A stretch of DNA of 42,621 bases from Clostridia bacterium (GTDB lineage Bacteria; Bacillota; Clostridia; Christensenellales; CAG-314): contig JAGBWW010000066.1 of the NCBI GenBank assembly GCA_017629595.1, positions 1 to 42,621 of the forward strand, given 5' to 3'. A program made the translations under genes and the position numbers. Each line of letters begins with the position of its first letter. The stretch's first letter is position 1. Positions 36,831-42,621 of the stretch are shown here, piece after piece. The notes under the pieces were generated by a model that was not told the DNA's origin, made no database searches, and saw only the letters and a list, made by a program, of their open reading frames with translations.

Positions 36831-38999
36831 ATGGAAATGCAAGAAATTACCATTCCCCAATTTATAAGCCAAGTTAAAGAAAACTATCCCAAACACGAGG
36901 ATATTATTTTGGCTTCGTTGGAGTTGGCTGAAAAAGCACATGGCGATCAACGTCGTGCAAGTGGTCAACCCTACATTTTACACCCTGTCAACACAGCCTC
37001 AATTTTGATAAATTTAGGTATGGATGCGCAGGCAATTTGTGCTGCACTTTTGCACGATACAGTGGAAGATACTGAAGTTACAGACGAAGAACTTCGTCAA
37101 AAATTTGGTGACGTGGTGGCAGATTTGGTTAAAGGCGTTACCAAATTGGACAAAATCACCTTCAACTCTTTGGAAGACGAACAAGCCGAAAACATAAGAA
37201 AAATGTTTTTTGCTATGTCAAAAGATATTCGTGTCGTCATCATCAAACTTGCCGACCGTCTTCACAACATGCGTTCGCTTAAATATCTTTCTCCTGCACG
37301 TCAAATAACCTTCTCCAAAGAATCTTTGGAAATTTTTGCACCTTTGGCAGGTCGTTTGGGTATTTCCCCTATCAAATGCGAGTTGGAAGACTTGGCTTTG
37401 AAACATATGGAGCCGGAAACCTACGATTATCTTTCTCAAAACATTGCCTTAAAACGTAACGAAAGACAAGAGTTGGTTGACAACTTTATGAACAGCGTCA
37501 AAAAAGTTCTCAACGATACGGGCATTGAAAACTACGAAATTTCCGGAAGAACAAAGCACTTTTATTCAATTTATAAAAAGATTAAACGTGGCAAAACTCT
37601 TGAATTGATTTTTGACATGACGGCAATTCGCGTCATTGTGGAATCAATTAAGGACTGTTATGCCGTTTTGGGAGCAATTCACGCAAATTGGAAACCTATT
37701 CCAGGTAGATTCAAAGATTATATTGCCGTACCCAAACCCAACTTGTATCAATCTTTGCATACCACCGTCTATAACGACGATACACCTCACTCAACACCTT
37801 TTGAAGTTCAAATTAGAACGTACGAAATGCACAAAGTTGCCGAATACGGTGTTGCTGCTCACTGGAAATATAAAGAAGGTGTTGTCGGTCAAAACGATTT
37901 GGACCAAAAATTGGAGTGGGTCAAAGAAGTTTTGAAATATGAAAGTGATTTGAAGGATAGTAGCGAATTTTTGGATTTAATTCGCAACGATATTTCCATC
38001 ACCGACAAAGTTTACGTATTTACACCGAAAGGAGACGTTCAACCTTTGACGTCGGGTGCTACTGCGTTGGACTTTGCATATTCAATTCACAGTGCAGTTG
38101 GCAACAAATGTGTCGGAACCAAAGTTAATAATAAAATCGTGCCTTTGAATACGGTACTTAACACAGGCGACATCGTTGAGGTTATGACCAACCCCAACGC
38201 AAAAGGACCTTCTCGTGATTGGTTAAAAATTGTCAAAACTGCCACGGCAAAAGCCAAAATTAGACAATTCTTCAAGCACGAAATGAAGGAAGAAAACATA
38301 AAAACAGGCAAAGCAATGGTGGAAAGAGAAATCAAACGTCGCAACTTCACCTTGGCTCAATTGCTTACAAACGAAGCAATTACTGCCGTTTGTGAAAGAT
38401 ATATGTTCTCTTCCGAAGACGATATGTATGCCTCAGTCGGTTATGGTGGCATTTCCATGAACCAAATCATCACAAAGTTGATTGGTTTCAGCCGTTTGGA
38501 CGAAAAGGTCAAAATGAAGGAAATGGCGCGCAAAAAGAGAGCCAACGCCAGCAAAGAAAACGCAATCGTTATCAAAGGTTTTGATGACTTGCTCATTAGA
38601 TTTGCCCACTGTTGTTCCCCCGTTCCCGGCGACAAGATTGTCGGCTACGTATCTCGTGGCAGAGGTGTTTGCGTCCATCGTGCCGACTGTCAAACGGTAA
38701 AATCAATGGAAAAAGAACGCGTTGTCCCCGCTGAATGGGCATCCACCTCCACCGATGCAACCTTCCCCGTAACTGTGGAAATCAAGTCGGAAGACAAAGG
38801 CGACATTTTTGCCGATATAACAAAGGCAATTGCCAACGAAGGTTTACCTTTGGTGGCAATCAATGCAAGAAAGGACAGACGTGGCAACGCAATTGCAACC
38901 ATTACGATTGAAATCAGCAACCACGAACAAGTAGAAGAGTTGATTGTAAAACTCAAATCCTTGCCTCACGTAATATCAGCATATAGAACGATATCATGA
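36831..38999 (+). CDS. relA: Bifunctional (p)ppGpp synthetase/hydrolase Rel
   Basis: LHDTVED hydrolase, KLADRLHN, RFKDY, YQSLHT, EVQIRT, AAHWKYK, TGS (FTPKG), CC zinc finger, ACT domain. Confidence 0.98.
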   Translation: MEMQEITIPQFISQVKENYPKHEDIILASLELAEKAHGDQRRASGQPYILHPVNTASILINLGMDAQAICAALLHDTVEDTEVTDEELRQKFGDVVADLVKGVTKLDKITFNSLEDEQAENIRKMFFAMSKDIRVVIIKLADRLHNMRSLKYLSPARQITFSKESLEIFAPLAGRLGISPIKCELEDLALKHMEPETYDYLSQNIALKRNERQELVDNFMNSVKKVLNDTGIENYEISGRTKHFYSIYKKIKRGKTLELIFDMTAIRVIVESIKDCYAVLGAIHANWKPIPGRFKDYIAVPKPNLYQSLHTTVYNDDTPHSTPFEVQIRTYEMHKVAEYGVAAHWKYKEGVVGQNDLDQKLEWVKEVLKYESDLKDSSEFLDLIRNDISITDKVYVFTPKGDVQPLTSGATALDFAYSIHSAVGNKCVGTKVNNKIVPLNTVLNTGDIVEVMTNPNAKGPSRDWLKIVKTATAKAKIRQFFKHEMKEENIKTGKAMVEREIKRRNFTLAQLLTNEAITAVCERYMFSSEDDMYASVGYGGISMNQIITKLIGFSRLDEKVKMKEMARKKRANASKENAIVIKGFDDLLIRFAHCCSPVPGDKIVGYVSRGRGVCVHRADCQTVKSMEKERVVPAEWASTSTDATFPVTVEIKSEDKGDIFADITKAIANEGLPLVAINARKDRRGNAIATITIEISNHEQVEELIVKLKSLPHVISAYRTIS

Positions 39000-39616
39000 T
39001 TAAAATTGAAACACTTAAAATCGGCTGGTTTTTAACCGTATTTACAACAAATTGTTACGTTGTATCACAGGGCAAAGATTGTGTTGTCATTGACCCTCCT
39101 TTGTGTCAAAAAGAGTACGTCTTTGATTATTTGCAAAAAAACAATCTTGTCCCTCAAGCAATTTTGTTGACACACGGACATTGTGACCATTGTGGCGGTG
39201 TAGAGCAACTGCTCAAAAAGTATAACGTTCCCGTATATTGTCACCAAAACGATTTGCAATTAGCAAGCATTGTTGCTTACAATCCTTTCAAAATTCCCGC
39301 CGTCAACTGTTTTCCACAACCTTATCCGTCAATGAGTTTGGACTTTGGCAGTTTGCACTTTGACGTCGTGGAAACTTTTGGACATACTCAAGGCAGTGTG
39401 CTTTTGCTTTTGGAAGACAAAATGTTTTCGGGTGATACGCTTTTTTATAGAAGTATTGGCCGTACGGACTTTCCCGAAAGCGACATAAATTTAATGAATA
39501 ACTCGGTTGAAAAATTGAAAACGTTTACAAAGGATTACGTCGTTTTTCCCGGACACGGCGAAACAACTACGCTTTTTGACGAATTACAAAACAACCCTTA
39601 CTTAATAAAGCAGTGA
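38996..39616 (+). CDS. MBL-fold metallo-hydrolase (glyoxalase II-like)
   Basis: THGHCDH, GHT, SGDTLF, GRTD, PGHG; usual neighbour of rel in Clostridia. Confidence 0.93.
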   Translation: MIKIETLKIGWFLTVFTTNCYVVSQGKDCVVIDPPLCQKEYVFDYLQKNNLVPQAILLTHGHCDHCGGVEQLLKKYNVPVYCHQNDLQLASIVAYNPFKIPAVNCFPQPYPSMSLDFGSLHFDVVETFGHTQGSVLLLLEDKMFSGDTLFYRSIGRTDFPESDINLMNNSVEKLKTFTKDYVVFPGHGETTTLFDELQNNPYLIKQ

Positions 39617-41013
39617 AAATTTATACAAACGGAAAATTTTATACCGAAATTGCAGACGTGGTTCGTGCTTTTGGCTTTGATGCAACCGAATCTACTTTTG
39701 AACAAGCAAATTTGCTCGTCATGGGAAAACTTGACGGGCAAATTTATCATACACGTTGCACGGTTGACGGAATTGAAAAAGAGTATGAAATAAACTGTCC
39801 AATAGACGACGAAATTATGTCGGTACGTTTGCAAAAACGTTATGACAAACTTGCCACCTATTATTGTTTGAAACAGTTGACTGGCCGTCAACTTCCTTGG
39901 GGTTCTCTTACGGGTATTCGTCCCACACGTTTGGCAGAAGAAATTCAACGAAACGAAGGTTTGGACTACGTAAAAACTTTCCGTGACCTCTTGGACGTAA
40001 CTGACGAAAAATTGACGTTGGTCAAAGATATTTTGGACGCGCAAAGTGGGTTAAAAAACAAAGATGCAAGCCTTGTTGATCTTTACGTAGGTATCCCTTT
40101 TTGCATTTCCAAATGCACGTATTGTTCCTTCACGTCGGGTATTATTTCCAAGTTAAAACATCTTGTAGAGCCCTACGTTTCGTCTTTGTGCGATGAAATA
40201 AAACTAACTGTAAACTTAATTGAAAAAAAGGGTTTGCGCCTTAAAAACCTTTACATAGGCGGTGGTACACCCACTTCGTTGGAAGTGGAAGACCTTAGAA
40301 AAATTTTGTCCGTTTTGCCTCGTTGCGACGGAGAATTTACCGTTGAAGCAGGCAGACCAGACACAATTACGGTTGAAAAATTGCAACTTTTTAAAGAGTT
40401 TGGTGTAAACCGAATTTCCATAAATCCCCAAACGTTTAATCAAAGTGTTTTGGACTCAGTAAATCGTTGTCATACCACTCAAGACATTTACGACAAATAC
40501 AATTTGGCAAAAAGTTTTGGTTTTTGCATAAATATGGACTTGATTGCAGGACTTCCCACCGAAAGCTTTGAAATGTTTTGCAATTCCATCAATCAAGTTG
40601 TCGCCCTTGACCCCGAAAACGTAACGGTGCATACCTTGGCATTGAAAAAAGGTAGTTTGCTTAAAGAACAAAATTTTGTTGCATCGGACGCTACCGTTGC
40701 ACAAATGGTAAATTTTGCTCGTCAAAAGTTAAATGAAGCAGGTTATTTACCTTACTATATGTATCGTCAAAAGTATATGACGGAAAACTTGGAAAACGTT
40801 GGTTTTTGCAAGTCGGGTACACAATGCCTTTACAACATAGACAACATGGAAGAAACGACTTCAATTCTTGCTTGCGGTGCAAACGCAATTACCAAACGAA
40901 TATTCCAAAATGGTGGAAGAATTGAGCGTGTTGCCAACCAAAAAGACGTCATAACGTATATTGAAAAATACAAATCTAACTTGGAAAAGAAAAAAGCATT
41001 GTTTGATTTATGA
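39613..41013 (+). CDS. hemZ: HemZ-type radical SAM protein (HemN-like)
   Basis: PWGSLTGIRP, GIPFCISKCTYC (CxxxCxxC), GGGTPT, TVEAGRPD, RISINPQ, YYMYRQK, ENVG. Confidence 0.94.
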   Translation: MKIYTNGKFYTEIADVVRAFGFDATESTFEQANLLVMGKLDGQIYHTRCTVDGIEKEYEINCPIDDEIMSVRLQKRYDKLATYYCLKQLTGRQLPWGSLTGIRPTRLAEEIQRNEGLDYVKTFRDLLDVTDEKLTLVKDILDAQSGLKNKDASLVDLYVGIPFCISKCTYCSFTSGIISKLKHLVEPYVSSLCDEIKLTVNLIEKKGLRLKNLYIGGGTPTSLEVEDLRKILSVLPRCDGEFTVEAGRPDTITVEKLQLFKEFGVNRISINPQTFNQSVLDSVNRCHTTQDIYDKYNLAKSFGFCINMDLIAGLPTESFEMFCNSINQVVALDPENVTVHTLALKKGSLLKEQNFVASDATVAQMVNFARQKLNEAGYLPYYMYRQKYMTENLENVGFCKSGTQCLYNIDNMEETTSILACGANAITKRIFQNGGRIERVANQKDVITYIEKYKSNLEKKKALFDL

Positions 41014-42200
41014 AAAGCATTGTAAAAAAATCTATTGCCATAGGCTGTTTGCTTGTTGCATTGATCGTCTTGTTGATACTTAAAGAAAACGTCGTCGTAT
41101 GCGAGTGGTTTGCTACGACGGTTTTTCCTGCTTGGGTATTTTTTGCAGGACACGTTTCTTCTGTTTTTTCCTTTTCAGTATTTGAGTTGCTTTTGTATTT
41201 GGCAGTCCTATTTGCCGTAACTTTTTTGGTTTGGACAATTGTTTTGCTTTGCCAAAGAAAGTGGACGAAAGGTGCAAACAAATTTTTGACTTTGACACTT
41301 GTTGCCCTTTGTATTTTGACGGTATATTTTTCCACAGCAGGAATGGCATATAACAGGGAAAAATTGCCTATTATTTCCTACGACCACAAGACGACTACGG
41401 AAAAAATTGATATAGAAAAAGCAATGGATCTTGCCGTCTTTTACGCCGACAAGTTGGATCAAGTAAACGCACAATTGCAACGTAACCAAGACGGAACGGT
41501 TAAAATGCCTTCTTTTGAAGAAATTTACGACCTTTTGGTGGTGGAATTTGAAAAGTTGGATGATGACTACTTTGCAAAATATTCTCCAAAGGCAAAAACT
41601 CTTTCAAGTCAGTGGATTTTTAGCAATCTCAGCATTGCTGGCGTATCCTTTTCAGTAACAGGCGAGCCAAACGTAAATCTTGGTTGTGCTAATTTTTATA
41701 ATTTGCCAAGCGTGCTTGCTCACGAAATGGCTCACTCCAAGGGTGTAATGCGCGAAAGCGACGCCAATTCTGTGGCTTATTACCTTTTGTTGAACAGCGA
41801 CAATCCATATTTGCAATATTCCGTGTTGGCAGACGTATCAAGCGCAATCAGCAAGTTAGTGCGCAGTTTGCAACGTCAAGAAAATCCCAATGCCGAGGTA
41901 AACTTTACGTTTAGTTCCCTTCTTCAACCTCAAACGAGTGTTGAAGTTGTTGCTGACAAAATTGCATACAGCGCCTATTGGAAGGATTATCAAATTTTGG
42001 ACAAATTTGGTACTTGGTTAAACGATACCTATCTAAAACTTATGGGGCAAAAAGACGGTGTAGGCAGTTACGTGGACGACGGCTCAACCCAAATACAAGA
42101 TGAGACGGACGAAAACGGCAATCAAGTGCAGGTGCAAGTGGTGGTTTCCTTCTCCAATTTGCAAAATATACTTATTGACCATTATTTGTCGGAAAATTAA
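41010..42200 (+). CDS. Membrane-anchored putative zinc metallopeptidase, DUF3810-like
   Basis: N-terminal TMs, FSFSVFE, YNRE, TGEPNVN, HEMAH (HExxH) followed by RESDAN, YLK...Q.DG..SY. Confidence 0.8.
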   Translation: MKSIVKKSIAIGCLLVALIVLLILKENVVVCEWFATTVFPAWVFFAGHVSSVFSFSVFELLLYLAVLFAVTFLVWTIVLLCQRKWTKGANKFLTLTLVALCILTVYFSTAGMAYNREKLPIISYDHKTTTEKIDIEKAMDLAVFYADKLDQVNAQLQRNQDGTVKMPSFEEIYDLLVVEFEKLDDDYFAKYSPKAKTLSSQWIFSNLSIAGVSFSVTGEPNVNLGCANFYNLPSVLAHEMAHSKGVMRESDANSVAYYLLLNSDNPYLQYSVLADVSSAISKLVRSLQRQENPNAEVNFTFSSLLQPQTSVEVVADKIAYSAYWKDYQILDKFGTWLNDTYLKLMGQKDGVGSYVDDGSTQIQDETDENGNQVQVQVVVSFSNLQNILIDHYLSEN

Positions 42201-42233
42201 CAAACTTTTGCTTTCAAAAATTGTTCGTTTTTG

Positions 42234-42262
42234 TTGACAATAAAATTGGCTTAATATATAAT
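42234..42262 (+). promoter_or_regulatory. Consensus sigmaA promoter of the tRNA operon
   Basis: TTGACA (42234-42239), 17 nt, TATAAT (42257-42262). Confidence 0.9.
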
Positions 42263-42279
42263 AATTAGGCTGTCGTTGT

Positions 42280-42353
42280 GCGGGTGTAGTTCATTGGTAG
42301 AATACCAGCCTTCCAAGCTGGCTAGGTGGGTTCGATTCCCATCACCCGCTCCA
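42280..42353 (+). tRNA. tRNA-Gly(TCC)
   Basis: Acceptor GCGGGTG/CACCCGC, anticodon arm CCAGC-CTTCCAA-GCTGG, TTCGATT loop, U73, encoded CCA. Confidence 0.97.
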
Positions 42354-42404
42354 ACTTGTTTACTCTGGTATGCTACGGCACAATGTACAGTCGTCACACA
42401 ACAT

Positions 42405-42481
42405 GTGCCTGTAGCTCAGCAGGATAGAGCAACGGCCTTCTAAGCCGTGTGTCGGGGGTTCGAATCCCTTCAGGCACGCCA
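42405..42481 (+). tRNA. tRNA-Arg(TCT)
   Basis: Acceptor GTGCCTG/CAGGCAC, anticodon arm ACGGC-CTTCTAA-GCCGT, TTCGAAT, CCA. Confidence 0.97.
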
Positions 42482-42487
42482 TTACGT

Positions 42488-42565
42488 GGTGGGTATAGCG
42501 CAGCTGGTTAGCGTGTCAGATTGTGACTCTGAAGGTCGTGGGTTCAAATCCCACTACTCACCCCA
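42488..42565 (+). tRNA. tRNA-His(GTG)
   Basis: G-1 plus GTGGGTA/TACTCAC, C73, anticodon arm TCAGA-TTGTGAC-TCTGA, TTCAAAT, CCA. Confidence 0.97.
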
Positions 42566-42591
42566 TTACCCTTTTTACAACTTAATATCGT

Positions 42592-42621
42592 AGGGGTATA
42601 GCCAAGCGGTAAGGCATCAGA
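42592..42621 (+). tRNA. tRNA, probably Gln (3' truncated by window edge)
   Basis: AGGGGTATAGCCAAGCGGTAAGGCA is the typical tRNA-Gln 5' half and D arm; Gly-Arg-His-Gln order is common in Clostridia; anticodon is outside the window. Confidence 0.8.

Noticed and set aside
39613-41013. Radical SAM enzyme as a RiPP maturase
   Set aside because: Motifs match HemZ, there is no SPASM domain and no adjacent precursor peptide.
42354-42404. tRNA spacer as an att site or extra RNA
   Set aside because: No duplicated tRNA 3' end, integrase or stable fold seen in the window.

Overview
A low-GC, endospore-forming Clostridia-like chromosomal segment (probably a streamlined gut lineage; taxonomy is inference). 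Almost all of it is core housekeeping DNA, and every confidently called gene lies on the + strand. Order: clpX(5' partial)-lon-engB, a putative sporulation protein, a metallophosphoesterase, a reduced dcw cluster (mraZ-rsmH-ftsL-like-spoVD/ftsI-murE-mraY-murD-ftsW-murA-ftsQ-ftsA-ftsZ; no murF or murG), asnS, small ORFs, acpP, a ~1 kb accessory patch, ytxC-like, T-box-thrS, L20 leader-infC-rpmI-rplT, TrmH-family, yebC, ruvCAB-queA-tgt-yajC, a TIGR04086-like membrane protein, a degenerate secD, recJ, rel, MBL hydrolase, hemZ, DUF3810-like, and the start of a tRNA operon (Gly, Arg, His, Gln partial). I see no CRISPR array, transposase, integrase, prophage or defence system. The best leads are: (1) a cassette-like ORFan flanked by direct repeats that each start 2 nt after a stop codon (21.0-21.6 kb); (2) a terminator-bracketed, Cys-drifted murE-murA block whose only visible promoter looks sigmaE-type; (3) sporulation-type promoters embedded in terminator hairpins; (4) an orphan SecD lacking the proton-relay Asp; (5) several apparently leaderless genes, including a new 49-aa ORF behind a sigmaG-like promoter. 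All alignments and counts were done by eye and need computational confirmation.
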